From Nitrospirota bacterium (GTDB taxonomy: Bacteria; Nitrospirota; UBA9217): DNA of 64,000 nucleotides. The stretch is from contig CAWJQQ010000001.1 of assembly GCA_963845065.1 (NCBI GenBank), forward strand, positions 576,001 to 640,000. The letters run 5' to 3'. The notes beneath the pieces are model-generated. The model worked only from the letters and a program-made list of their open reading frames with translations. It had not been told where the DNA came from and did not search any database. Numbering within the stretch: the first letter of the stretch is position 1; the number at the start of each line of letters is the position of its first letter. Made by a program: the position numbers and the translations under genes. This document shows positions 31,721 to 41,928 of this stretch, in pieces.

Positions 31721-32506
31721 TTACTTCTTTCTTTTCATCGATATGGGTGGAATCGCCTCCGGGGTGAACAGGCTTACACCGTGCTTTTTACATCCGGCGA
31801 TTATTCCCTGCCCCTCGGGCGAGGTCACGAAGGCGACGAAATCCATTGCTTCGCGGTACCGGGCATTCGGAAAACGGTAAGGATTAACGGCGATAACGCT
31901 GTAAAAATTCTTGAGCGCTGGGTCGCCTTGGAGAAGTATCTTTAGATCGAGCTGCTTTTCGTAGTTCAGGTAAGTTCCGATGTCTGTAAGCGTGTAGGCT
32001 TTTTTCTGGTCCGCGATGAGTAACGTATCGCCCATCTTCCCGCCGGTCTCGAAATACCACCCCTTGCCCTTCGGGTTAATGCCGTCATCATCCCACAGGT
32101 CCAGCTCTTTGTTATTCGTTCCGGAATCATCTCCCCGCGAAACAAACGGAAAGCCGCCTTCGGCGATCAGTTCAATTGCTTCGGCAGCCGAGTTCGCGGT
32201 TTTCACCCGCGCCGGGTCCTTCGCGGGGCCGACGATGACGAAGACATTATGCATGACAGCGCGACGATTCACGCCATACCCTTCAGTGACGAATTTCTCC
32301 TCCCGGAGAGGATCGTGCACAAAAAGGAGATCTGCCTCTCCTTTTTTCGCCATACGGATTGCCTTACCTGTGCCGACGGCAATGACCTCGACCGCTATGT
32401 TATAGCGCGTCGCTTTCTCATAGGCAGGGATGAGGATGTCGAAAAGACCTGAGTTCTGCGTGCTTGTGGTTGAGGCGATGACGAGTCTGACGGCTTGCTT
32501 CTTCAT
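31721..32506 (-). CDS. tupA: Second TupA-like protein lacking a signal peptide
   Basis: ASTTSTQNSGL, SRGDDSGT; motif starts 10 aa after Met. Confidence 0.8.
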   Translation of the reverse strand: MKKQAVRLVIASTTSTQNSGLFDILIPAYEKATRYNIAVEVIAVGTGKAIRMAKKGEADLLFVHDPLREEKFVTEGYGVNRRAVMHNVFVIVGPAKDPARVKTANSAAEAIELIAEGGFPFVSRGDDSGTNNKELDLWDDDGINPKGKGWYFETGGKMGDTLLIADQKKAYTLTDIGTYLNYEKQLDLKILLQGDPALKNFYSVIAVNPYRFPNARYREAMDFVAFVTSPEGQGIIAGCKKHGVSLFTPEAIPPISMKRKK

Positions 32507-32644
32507 GGTGGCACCTCGGAGGAAAGGAATACTGCATTGTAGTGGCGAAAACGAAAAAAGTAAAATGCATTAAATTCATTGTAATATGAATTTTTTGAAT
32601 ACTCTATAACTCCGCATAAATAATGCAACGTTTAACGTAAAAAA

Positions 32645-33130
32645 GTTAGCTCGGACTGCTGGATATAACCAAGCAAAAGAGGTTGAAACACAGCCGCATT
32701 ACAGATTTCTTCGGATAGTACGTCCATCAACTCATCTTGAATATCGAGGCGATCGCTGGCGAGAGTTTTCTTAAGGTTATTTCATACTCCTTCGTCCGGT
32801 TCAACTCAGGAACATACCGGGGGAATGGTTCTAATTGTAAACGGGATACGTGCGGGAAGATCTTCTACGGAATGACTTCTATGGGTTTTGATATTATCTA
32901 GAAACACGATTAGATGGCCGGTCATTTAATGTAACAGATGGCGGAGGAATACCACTACTTCTTCGCCTCGAATATTGTCCTCATACAGTTGGCAGTACAG
33001 CGTACAATGGAATCGTTTCGGGCTGACGGCGATGCAGAGATGGCAGAAATACGATCATGATGATATAGATGATGAAAATAGGGGTCTGTATGCTCTTGAG
33101 ATAGTTCCCCATCATACCCTGGTGGTGCTT
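32645..33130 (-). mobile_element. IS630-family transposase remnant
   Basis: QTPIFHH..DRISAIS..FLRHLL..VFLDN..H..RLQLEPFPRYVPELN; stops and frameshifts. Confidence 0.7.
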
Positions 33131-33317
33131 ATGTTACAGATATCTAGAAAAATTACTAACCAAGTTATAAATCATGCAATTTATATATATTTGAGTAACC
33201 TAGAATGCATTGGCAACAGATTAGTTGCGAAGAATCGTACTTACTTGACAATCGCAAAAGCTGTGATATCTTTTATTACAAGATTTGACAAGTTGAAAAA
33301 GAAAAGAGGCGATATAT

Positions 33318-33599
33318 ATGAAAAAGATTCTAATTTATTTGGTCATTCTGGTGATTGCTCTTACATTGGGAACGGCCTATGCTGGCAGCAAAGATATGAG
33401 CGCTGGTGAGTATAATGGGATTACGGCGTTTGATAAGGTACCTGTTGCATCACATGATGTTGGTCCGGGTCTCACAGTGGAAAATGGTATTACGGCATTT
33501 GACATTCGCCCGATAGAATGGGCCGAAGGTGCAGCCGCAGGTGGCTTACGTTCGACGGAACCGAGCATGGAACTGCGGAATGGTATTACCGTTTTTTGA
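33318..33599 (+). CDS. Small secreted protein with three NGIT(A/V)F repeats
   Basis: Signal peptide ending AYA, GAGG RBS, upstream TTGACA (33245), downstream terminator. Confidence 0.8.
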   Translation: MKKILIYLVILVIALTLGTAYAGSKDMSAGEYNGITAFDKVPVASHDVGPGLTVENGITAFDIRPIEWAEGAAAGGLRSTEPSMELRNGITVF

Positions 33600-33681
33600 C
33601 ACAAGTGCCATACCCGAGCTAATAGCAAACTAAGCGTACGATTTTTAAAGGGCTCAGAACGACAGTTAGATGCATCAACTG

Positions 33682-33722
33682 ACAAGAAAGCAGGCTGAAA
33701 TCCAGCCTGCTTTCTTGTTTTC
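33682..33722. terminator. Intrinsic terminator, possibly bidirectional
   Basis: ACAAGAAAGCAGGCTG-AAATC-CAGCCTGCTTTCTTGT-TTT. Confidence 0.85.
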
Positions 33723-34222
33723 AGCTATCTATCGCACGTTATCCCATATTTAGAGCAAAACTCCCTAGTGAAGTATTTTTTATGCACCACCCATACACGT
33801 GAAGTCAAGTTGATATATATATACACTTCTGCACATCGTATCAAAGTGAAGACTACTGGAAATAGCCTGCACCGCTTGTTTTGACTGCGATTCTACACGT
33901 CTTCATAAAGTATGACTATCTCTGTTATCACCTAGTAGTCTGTAACCGTAGTTGGCTGAAATTATTGTAAAATACTAGTTTGAATATTTTGACTAAGCGA
34001 GGAGATTATTTCCAAGAGAGGTGCGCCGTATCGAAGCCGTCCCCGACTTATAATAAATGGTACCGCGTTCCCCGTTCGTATTTAATGCTGAATAGCAGGA
34101 TATGGGTTGGCGTTCGATGAAATCGACATCTGCGTCAAATTAAAATCCGACCGCGCATGGCACGAATACACAGCGGTTGCCTGAATCAAAAAAAAATGAG
34201 CTAAAGGGTTTAGACATCAGCT

Positions 34223-34441
34223 CTACCGATTCTTGATTTTGTTCCTTTCCGTCGCCCTCACGGGCTGAGCTGACCTGCTGGCCTTTGCGTCACCGGCCAT
34301 TCCTTTAGAATATTTCTTCTCCACGATTTTTACTGCTTCAATCCAATCAGCGAAATCTTCCCCCGCGACGTATCCACGCTTTTCATAAATTCCATACGCG
34401 ACAGTCGCAATCTCATCACGAATTTTCTTGTCCATATTCAT
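34223..34441 (-). CDS. DUF2934-domain protein
   Basis: IATVAYGIYEKRG..G..DWIEA. Confidence 0.8.
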   Translation of the reverse strand: MNMDKKIRDEIATVAYGIYEKRGYVAGEDFADWIEAVKIVEKKYSKGMAGDAKASRSAQPVRATERNKIKNR

Positions 34442-34734
34442 ATCTTGAACCTTCCTTCCTTTCATTCATTATAATTTCCCTGTTAGGGGATTTTAATAAA
34501 CACCCTTTTATAATTGATTCAAAATATCATCATTATATAACTATAGTCTTATACAGGAGCATTATTCTGTTGAAAGATTATTATAGTATAACAGAAAAAA
34601 CTTCGTCATTTGGCACAGATGTCAACGATGTCGATTCGGGTATTTTATGTACATATTACTTTCGATCGGGTTGTAACTATAAGAGGCTCAAAGATATGCA
34701 ACTTCAACAGATTCAGGAATGTTATCACACTGCA

Positions 34735-35262
34735 CCAATTTAAAGGGTACCTATCAAGAGAAAAAAACGATCTCGTCGACGAGCATCCCTACCATTGCCG
34801 TAGTTTCATGAGTTTTTTGACGTCAGTCTTCATTGCACCATACACCCATCAGGATTAAGGTCATTGGTGAAGCGCGATATCCATTGACCTTTTCCACCTT
34901 GTGGTAGACCAGAAAATCTTCAGTTCCATGCCCAGAAGCATTTTTCAAGCACTGAGGTTGTCAACCAGCACATGGTGGCCCGCGGCATGGTCAGTAAGGA
35001 TGCTGATAACTGTATATTCTGGTGGGACGGATTGCCAATCAAGTTAATCGGGTTCGCCATGTAGTGCCCGGGTTCACCGTCCCAGCCAGCCTATGACCGT
35101 TCCTTTTGATTCAAAAAGCTTTTCCGGAATGAATGGCACCTGGTCTCTCAGAATATAGTATGCTGCCCGCGCCAACTTGTGAGCGAGCGCAGCATGTGCT
35201 ATCACGGTGTTCGTTTCCTTCATCTTGCGGTTGTAGTATGCGCGGGTCTCTGGACAATAGTG
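34735..35262 (-). mobile_element. IS110/IS1111-type remnant: transposase C-terminus plus 3' non-coding end
   Basis: YCPETRAYYNRK..TNTVIAHAALAHKLARAAYYILRDQVPF; ~340-nt non-coding tail ending TTGATAGGTACCCTTTAAATTGG. Confidence 0.72.
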
Positions 35263-35450
35263 CCAGCTAGTAGATGCCCTGCCTTTTTTTGTATTTCTTG
35301 GTTTTTTTTATTATAAAGACGCAATAAAAAAATGGCATCCCCTTGCTAACTGCCATTTTAATCGTCATAACTATTGCGATAAAACAAATAAATCAAAAAA
35401 ACTTAGAGATTCCGCTAAGACTTTTTTAATTTCAATCACCGCGCTCAGCG

Positions 35451-36428
35451 TTACTCGAGGAACGGGCCCAAAAGCAACCCCCCGTGGAGCTGGTTGTCAT
35501 CAAGACCGCGCTCGAGCTTGAGCGGGGAGTTCTTACCCAGATGGCGATCGAAAATATCTCCATAGTTCCCCACGGCCGCGAGAACACGGCGCTGCCACTC
35601 TTTGTCAAGACCCAGCTCCGGTGCGGCAATCGGCATCGCCCCGGCACCACCCGCGTACCACCGCATTTCCGGTCTTTCCGCGCTGACCAGCGTGTAGACG
35701 GTCCATGCGACAATCGCAGACCATTGCGCGTCGTCGGTTCCCGTTGTTGCCATAACCGGGAAGGCTGTCAGCGGCTCTGGGAGGATACGGCTCGAAAGCC
35801 GGTTCACGCCCCGCTCAAGTCGGATCTCAGCAAGGGTCGTGATTTCGCCGGCGATAGCGTGGCAATTCTGTACATTGTAGGTATCGATCATCTCCCCATC
35901 CTCTGAGAATGCCCGCCGCAGCCAGCCCTTCTTAAGCGTGTAGAAATAAGCTGAGAGGCTTCGTTCGGCCGGGCTACCGATCATATAGCAAATACTGTCC
36001 CCGGCAAGATCGTCGACATGGTGCACTGTAGATGTGGACGCAGTCATCACCGCGTGGGATTCCACGAAGATAGTGGGACCGGGAACTACCTTGCCGGCCA
36101 GTTTTTGTTCATTGATCTCCGAGCCAGTCAAGAAGTATACGTCGTCCTGTTGGTTCCGTACGGCATCGAAATCTTTAGGTGTAGCGTAAAAGTGATATTC
36201 GATGCGCTCTGGAGAGCCAAGCACTGCGGCGGCGATCCCGCGGCAAACGTCGACGTTAAGACCGGTCCAAAGTTCTTTGCCGGTGGCGCTTGCAAGACCC
36301 GGCCGTTCGACGCTGCCGCAGCGGACGAAACCACCTGCCTTCACTCGATCCACAACAGAGCCCGCCTTAGCGACGGAGAGCAAACAGAAAACTGAGAGCA
36401 GGACTAGCAAGACTGACTGGAAACGCAT
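35451..36428 (-). CDS. AapJ/BztA-like ABC substrate-binding protein
   Basis: G..VDVCRGIAAAVLG, AVGNYGDIFDRHLG..SPLKLERGL. Confidence 0.82.
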   Translation of the reverse strand: MRFQSVLLVLLSVFCLLSVAKAGSVVDRVKAGGFVRCGSVERPGLASATGKELWTGLNVDVCRGIAAAVLGSPERIEYHFYATPKDFDAVRNQQDDVYFLTGSEINEQKLAGKVVPGPTIFVESHAVMTASTSTVHHVDDLAGDSICYMIGSPAERSLSAYFYTLKKGWLRRAFSEDGEMIDTYNVQNCHAIAGEITTLAEIRLERGVNRLSSRILPEPLTAFPVMATTGTDDAQWSAIVAWTVYTLVSAERPEMRWYAGGAGAMPIAAPELGLDKEWQRRVLAAVGNYGDIFDRHLGKNSPLKLERGLDDNQLHGGLLLGPFLE

Positions 36429-36514
36429 AAATCCTCCTAAGTGAAAATCTAACTATGTCATGAAATAAATGTGGATGTGGTGCAACGAGGGCGCACCCCA
36501 TCCGTCCTTCTTTT

Positions 36515-38593
36515 TTATTGGTTGGCTGCTGGATAGGTACTCGGCAGCGGGTTGAATCCATCGGGTATGTTGTTGACGATTCCCTGCCGGATATCTTCCG
36601 GCATGATCCCGATTGCCTGACATCCAAGTCCGTTATAGTGCGGCAGCGTGTTTACGACGCTGTCCGGAATCATCGCGAACGAGGCGGGTAGCGGAGGCGA
36701 CATGTCCAGTAGGCGCTTCGGATCGAAACCTGACAGCAAGCTATCAGTGATCGGCGAGTTGATGTCGCGCGGCCCTAGGTACTTCTGCTCGAATCCAGTG
36801 GGACCGAACTTGTTGAATTCCGGCGAGTTACCAGCCGCGAGTGCTTGCGCCTCATCGGGCAGGCTGGCGAGCGCGGGCAGACCAAAGATATCATTGATCG
36901 TCTCGATCACCGCGTTGTGGTCGCCCTCAACATGCGAAACAACGTGCGTCCGCGCGTAGGGCGAGATTAAGATCAAAGGAATGCGGCTGCCGCGGGAGAG
37001 CGGCAGACCGTCGGGGCCATAGGAGAGGATGCGCGGTGGGACATGATCGTAAAGACCATCCGACTCGTCATAGGTGAGGATGATCGCACAGTGTTCCCAT
37101 ATCTCCGGATTCGCCGCGACCGCGTTGATCACGCGGGCTGCCATCGCCTCACTCAGCTGACGGTCAGAGTAACTTGGGTGGTCGTCGTCGCCCGCCTTCG
37201 CTGCAAAAATCGCATTAATCTCCGGTGTCGTTGTGCTGGGATTTGTGATCGGCGGCATCAGCCCCATTTGATTCGTGTAGCCACCGCGAATGTAGAACAC
37301 GCCGCCATGGGGCAGAACGTCGTCGGCGATGTCGGTGAAGAAATCGGTCATACCACGTAAGTTCGGGCGAAGCGGAGGCGTGTTAACGAGATAGCCGAAG
37401 TACTGGGGCCCCTGGTGGTGGCTGACGTAGGACAAATGCGAGGCCGTAGTCGTGTCGGTTGATTCAAGATCGTAGCCCTCCTGGTACCAGCGCCAATGGA
37501 CGGGCTTGATATCTAGGTTCTGGATGTACGGGATGTCCTGCTGGATGTCGGGCGTGTCGAAATCAGGTGTCAGGTTCTGCTCCATCACTTCCGTGATGTG
37601 CCAGCCCTGGAAGGTGAGCGGCAAGGTAGCGAAGGTCAGGTTCGAGGCGATGTTGCTGTTAGCGTAATTCTCTTTTGCACCGATGGGTTGCTTGTCGACC
37701 GTGGTCGTGTCAAACTGGGAACCGTAGAAAGGCTGATTATCATTGACTATCGGCGGCCCCCCAGTCGTGCCAGTGTTAGTGCCCACGCTGTAGAACTCAC
37801 CGTTCGGGCCGTGTTTGACCCACTGCGTTTCACCCGACTGCCCCGCTATCATTGCTATCGCGTTCGGAGAGGAGGGAGTATCCTCGGTCGCATAGATGTT
37901 GTCAAAGATAGTGAAGCGGCTGGCCCAGCGCCAGAAGAAAGGAATGGTATCGCAGTCGATGTGTGACATTACAACACGAGCGAATTGCTTGCCTTCGGCA
38001 ACGTTGGCTGCCCCGCCTTTGGACGCGAAGCGCGTGTACTCCTCGTAGGCGAACTTGTCCATCTGTGCTACACCATTAACGATGTTGATCTTAGTCGCGA
38101 GACCGGTGTGCGAGTGATCGACGCTGTCCCATACGGTAGAGTTCTGTTCGGGTCCGATCCGGAACGGTTGGACAGTAACAGTCAAATGGCTGACATCGTC
38201 CGTATAGGTTTGGGTGAAGCCCGGCGTGTCCTCGGCGGAGCGAGGCCTTCGGCCATCCGAGTAGAGGCCGTTAACGCCCGGGAACGTGCCATATTCGTTG
38301 TCGAATGAGTGGTTCTCATTGAAAATCACAAAGACGTACTTGATTTTATCCTTCAGCAGTTTAACGAGCATTTCCTTAGACAGCTCGGGTTCCGTGGCCA
38401 TATCATTGATGTATGGGGCGATGTCCGACACGACGTCAGGTTGGGTGGTGACGGTCTGGTGCTTTTGCCACTCTTCGTGACTTGCACGCTCATCCGTATT
38501 AAACGACTCTGCGAAAACTGCAGGGATCCAAGCAATCTGCAGCAGCGATGCCGCCACAGCCAGAGCAAGACAGGATTTTAAAAACTGGTTCAT
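36515..38593 (-). CDS. Secreted phosphoesterase / phospholipase C family protein
   Basis: IKYVFVIFNENHSFDNEYGTFPG, TYDESDGLYDHVPP, RIPLILISPYA. Confidence 0.88.
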   Translation of the reverse strand: MNQFLKSCLALAVAASLLQIAWIPAVFAESFNTDERASHEEWQKHQTVTTQPDVVSDIAPYINDMATEPELSKEMLVKLLKDKIKYVFVIFNENHSFDNEYGTFPGVNGLYSDGRRPRSAEDTPGFTQTYTDDVSHLTVTVQPFRIGPEQNSTVWDSVDHSHTGLATKINIVNGVAQMDKFAYEEYTRFASKGGAANVAEGKQFARVVMSHIDCDTIPFFWRWASRFTIFDNIYATEDTPSSPNAIAMIAGQSGETQWVKHGPNGEFYSVGTNTGTTGGPPIVNDNQPFYGSQFDTTTVDKQPIGAKENYANSNIASNLTFATLPLTFQGWHITEVMEQNLTPDFDTPDIQQDIPYIQNLDIKPVHWRWYQEGYDLESTDTTTASHLSYVSHHQGPQYFGYLVNTPPLRPNLRGMTDFFTDIADDVLPHGGVFYIRGGYTNQMGLMPPITNPSTTTPEINAIFAAKAGDDDHPSYSDRQLSEAMAARVINAVAANPEIWEHCAIILTYDESDGLYDHVPPRILSYGPDGLPLSRGSRIPLILISPYARTHVVSHVEGDHNAVIETINDIFGLPALASLPDEAQALAAGNSPEFNKFGPTGFEQKYLGPRDINSPITDSLLSGFDPKRLLDMSPPLPASFAMIPDSVVNTLPHYNGLGCQAIGIMPEDIRQGIVNNIPDGFNPLPSTYPAANQ

Positions 38594-38882
38594 GGTAAAC
38601 CTCCTTTTGTGCTCAGATTCGATTGTAAAATATCATTAACTTCTTTTAGGCGCTTCAAAAAATTCATTGTTCTGTTACATTTTATTTATTTCATTTCATT
38701 GATTTTCTGGTTCGATGTCAATCGTAAAATTGTCTATCATTTCCCAATCAATTGACGGATTATGAAAGCCTCACCTCCTTTGTATATTGATTTGCCAAGA
38801 TGTAGAACCATACTTCGACATCAATTACCAAAGTATTAGCCAACATTGACGACGGAGAAATTATATGAACCTATTTATCACA

Positions 38883-38926
38883 ACTAAATGTCTTTCCTGT
38901 GACAAGATCATTAAAGTTTGATGAAA
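38883..38926 (-). promoter_or_regulatory. Pho-box-like 4x11-bp direct repeat upstream of the phosphoesterase
   Basis: TTTCAT-N5-TTTAAT-N5-TGTCAC-N5-AGACAT, then a -10-like TAAAT. Confidence 0.55.
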
Positions 38927-39143
38927 TTACAAACCTGTCCCAACGCTGGTTCTTTCATTAAAGTTTAATCTGCGATAAAACCACTAAGAAAATAGCTGTA
39001 AGGGCCTGTGAGGAGTCATGGGTCAATTGCTATGAGTAAATATTTTTGATTCTCATTATTTTCCGCTAGATTTACTTTTAGAATCAAACAACAAATCCTG
39101 AAAAACTCATAGCATCGTCGCATCGTAAGACGCTAAAAATGAT

Positions 39144-39177
39144 AAGGCTCAGAGAAATAAAACCTCTGAGCCTTTTT
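39144..39177 (+). terminator. Intrinsic terminator
   Basis: AAGGCTCAGAG-9 nt-CTCTGAGCCTT-TTT. Confidence 0.7.
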
Positions 39178-39473
39178 CGTCTGTCCATTATATGAATTGC
39201 GTAGTCTGTCTGTATCTAGTTAAAGTCTGTGATAGTTCCCTATGCTGGACTCGAACTAGCAAATCTTGCGCGAATAATACAAGATGTATTCTGCACATCC
39301 ATTTAGCTAGAGTATTTGCATAATACAGAAAGGATCATGCACTGAATGATTCTATTGATATTCTTCACTTCAGTCAAGTCCTGGCCCTTGTGTCAGAGCC
39401 AACTACAAGTGTGTAGTTTCTATCATGCGAAATATCTATTATATGCTGTTTGAAACACGCAATCAGATGCTCT

Positions 39474-40961
39474 CTATTTGTGAATTGTGTAGACCTTTTT
39501 GTCTTGTTTGCACATCATCTGTATCACCCATTTTCCCGATTGTGCAGACGGAGGTAGTCCTCCTCCAGGGAAGAGCCATTGTCCGCACATAAAAAAATTT
39601 TTGAGCCCGGGTAGTGTCATATTAAGGCTCTTAGTGATATTATTGTTCGTTGGCATGAAGCCCTCATAAGCACCTTTCCAGACCCCGGTATATCTTACAT
39701 CTGTTTTGGGTGTGGCAATGTCGAACACCTCAATGTGCGCTGTTATTCCAGGTAGATGTTTTTCCATAATGGCAAAAGAATCTTGCTCGATTTGCTTCTT
39801 TTCCGTCCTATACGCTTCTCCTTCTAAATCCTTCCAAAGTTCCCATGGACTTTCATAACGCAAAATGATGACCGTCTTTCCTGCTGGCGCCATAGTTGGG
39901 TCAAAGCAATAATTCATTATTGTATAACCCGAATTCAATTGCGTTCCGCCGATTTTCAGACCTTTTGCAAGGTAGGTCTGTACCGGGTACTCTGTATGCA
40001 CATCTTTATTAATGCCAAAAGAAACCTGTACAAGTGGCGTAAATAGTGGCCACTTGGCGTATGCATCTTCTATCTGGCCGGACAGATAGTTACCCTCAAG
40101 CATTTCAAAAAGTGTCGCATGGCCATCTGCTGCACTAACGACATAATCAGCTTTAATTACTGTTCCATCAGCAAGGACTACGCCAGTAGCTGTATCATTC
40201 TCAACAATAATGTTCTTTACTTTTTTACCAAGCCTCAGTTTGCCACCAAAGGATGAGTACTTCTTGACCATCCTTTCAACCAAGGGACGCGAACCGCCAA
40301 TAAGGTATCCTGCATTTTTGTGGTAAAACCAACCAAGCATCATCAAGAACGCCAGGGCTGAAAAATCTTGCTCCGCATATAAATTGTTGAGGAAGAATAA
40401 GAGACGCAGGTTCTTGAAGTTCATTTTTTGAAAATAGTCGCGACAACTTTTATTGCGGTACTTCATCAGTAGTATGACCGTCTGGGGCATTTTGCAGATG
40501 GAGCGAATGTAGTCCCGGATGCCTCTCAACTCCGGTGGGTTGCTGAACGGCTCTAATAGCGCCCCTTTTCTCATATCAGTGCACATTTTATTTATGGTCG
40601 TGATATCTTCAGGTGCCATATCGATAAGGTAATTTTCCCAACGGTCAATGTTTGTATAGAGGATAAAACTATTACCCTGCTCATCAAATATTTTTGTATG
40701 CACCTCGTGATCAATGATCTTTACACTGTCCGTAATGACGTTCGTTTCCTTCCAGATGTCATTGAATGGTCCTTTTGCGGTTCCAACCAACCAATGCAAG
40801 CAGTAGTCGAAACGGTATCCTTTTCTATCCCACGCTGTGCATTGGCCACCAGGCAAGGCGTGCATCTCGATAACCTCGGTATCATAGCCGTTAATTTGAC
40901 CATATATTCCGGCAGAAAGTCCAGCAACACCTCCACCGATTATGAGAACTTTTCCCCTCAT
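39474..40961 (-). CDS. Phytoene desaturase-like FAD-dependent oxidoreductase
   Basis: IIGGGVAGL, PGGQCTAWDRKGYRFD, GQWLFPGGGLP. Confidence 0.88.
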   Translation of the reverse strand: MRGKVLIIGGGVAGLSAGIYGQINGYDTEVIEMHALPGGQCTAWDRKGYRFDYCLHWLVGTAKGPFNDIWKETNVITDSVKIIDHEVHTKIFDEQGNSFILYTNIDRWENYLIDMAPEDITTINKMCTDMRKGALLEPFSNPPELRGIRDYIRSICKMPQTVILLMKYRNKSCRDYFQKMNFKNLRLLFFLNNLYAEQDFSALAFLMMLGWFYHKNAGYLIGGSRPLVERMVKKYSSFGGKLRLGKKVKNIIVENDTATGVVLADGTVIKADYVVSAADGHATLFEMLEGNYLSGQIEDAYAKWPLFTPLVQVSFGINKDVHTEYPVQTYLAKGLKIGGTQLNSGYTIMNYCFDPTMAPAGKTVIILRYESPWELWKDLEGEAYRTEKKQIEQDSFAIMEKHLPGITAHIEVFDIATPKTDVRYTGVWKGAYEGFMPTNNNITKSLNMTLPGLKNFFMCGQWLFPGGGLPPSAQSGKWVIQMMCKQDKKVYTIHK

Positions 40962-41231
40962 ATATTTCTCCTGAGCTTTTCTGCACTTGCCATTGATTAA
41001 ACAGGCTCGACTATGCCTGTAAATTCGTAAATGAGTGACATATTACGTAAAATAGGCCATGAGAGACGTAGAATTTCCAACAGAGCCACTACAGATAACT
41101 TCCTTACAAAAGGATGTAAGTTACACTCCTCGCACAACTGTGCCGTATGCGAGTTCAGGCAAATCAGATATATGCTCCGCGTTCTTCAATTGTAAATCTG
41201 AAGCGCCTTGGGAAATGGCTATGTGTGCCGT

Positions 41232-41843
41232 TCACTGATCCGTACCGGCCAACGCGTTTGCCAAGCGTTTTTCAAGCCAGGGGTTTGGCAAGATGAAAAA
41301 GGAAGGGACGAGCGCGTAGAGAACAAGGCTCACCCACACGTTCCATGGTGCAATCGCGATCGCAATCCCGTACACCACTATCGGTGCCGCATGTATCATC
41401 GCCGTAAACCGCCTGAACTGTCTCGGAAACTCGGGAACGACGAACGCCTCTTTGGATGTGGCGTAGAGCCAAAGCACCGTGCCGAAGCCATTAACAAGAA
41501 CCAGGTTTACGCCATATATCATGACGGCCAGCGGGTCTCCGGGGTGTTGGCCGAGAAGTGATGCCGGGTACGGGATGAAGACGATCACAAGCAAGAGAAG
41601 GAGATTAAGCCAGAGCAACCGCCGATCAACAGCTCGTACAAAGTGCAGCATGCTGTGATGGGCGACCCAGTAGACGCCAACGATCACGAAGCTGAGCAGA
41701 AATGAAAGCATCTGCGGCAAGGCATTGCGCAGTGCTTCGAGCGTAGTCGTGTTCCCCGGTGTCGGCCTGACATCGAGGATCAGCAGTGTAATGGCGACAG
41801 CGAAGACCCCATCACTGAATGCCTCGAGACGGTTCTTGTTCAT
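41232..41843 (-). CDS. TMEM175-family (DUF1211) channel
   Basis: RLEAFSDGVFAVAITLL, YWVAHH. Confidence 0.9.
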   Translation of the reverse strand: MNKNRLEAFSDGVFAVAITLLILDVRPTPGNTTTLEALRNALPQMLSFLLSFVIVGVYWVAHHSMLHFVRAVDRRLLWLNLLLLLVIVFIPYPASLLGQHPGDPLAVMIYGVNLVLVNGFGTVLWLYATSKEAFVVPEFPRQFRRFTAMIHAAPIVVYGIAIAIAPWNVWVSLVLYALVPSFFILPNPWLEKRLANALAGTDQ

Positions 41844-41928
41844 GCTAATTCCTCCCCCGTGTGTCATCTAGTCGTGCAAAGTGATCATTACGGCGAGTCC
41901 GCGTTGAGCAATAATCAGTCCTCACCGT

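Noticed and set aside
38960..39145. Possible c-di-GMP riboswitch before the 39144 terminator
   Set aside because: GEMM core motifs and stems not convincingly present
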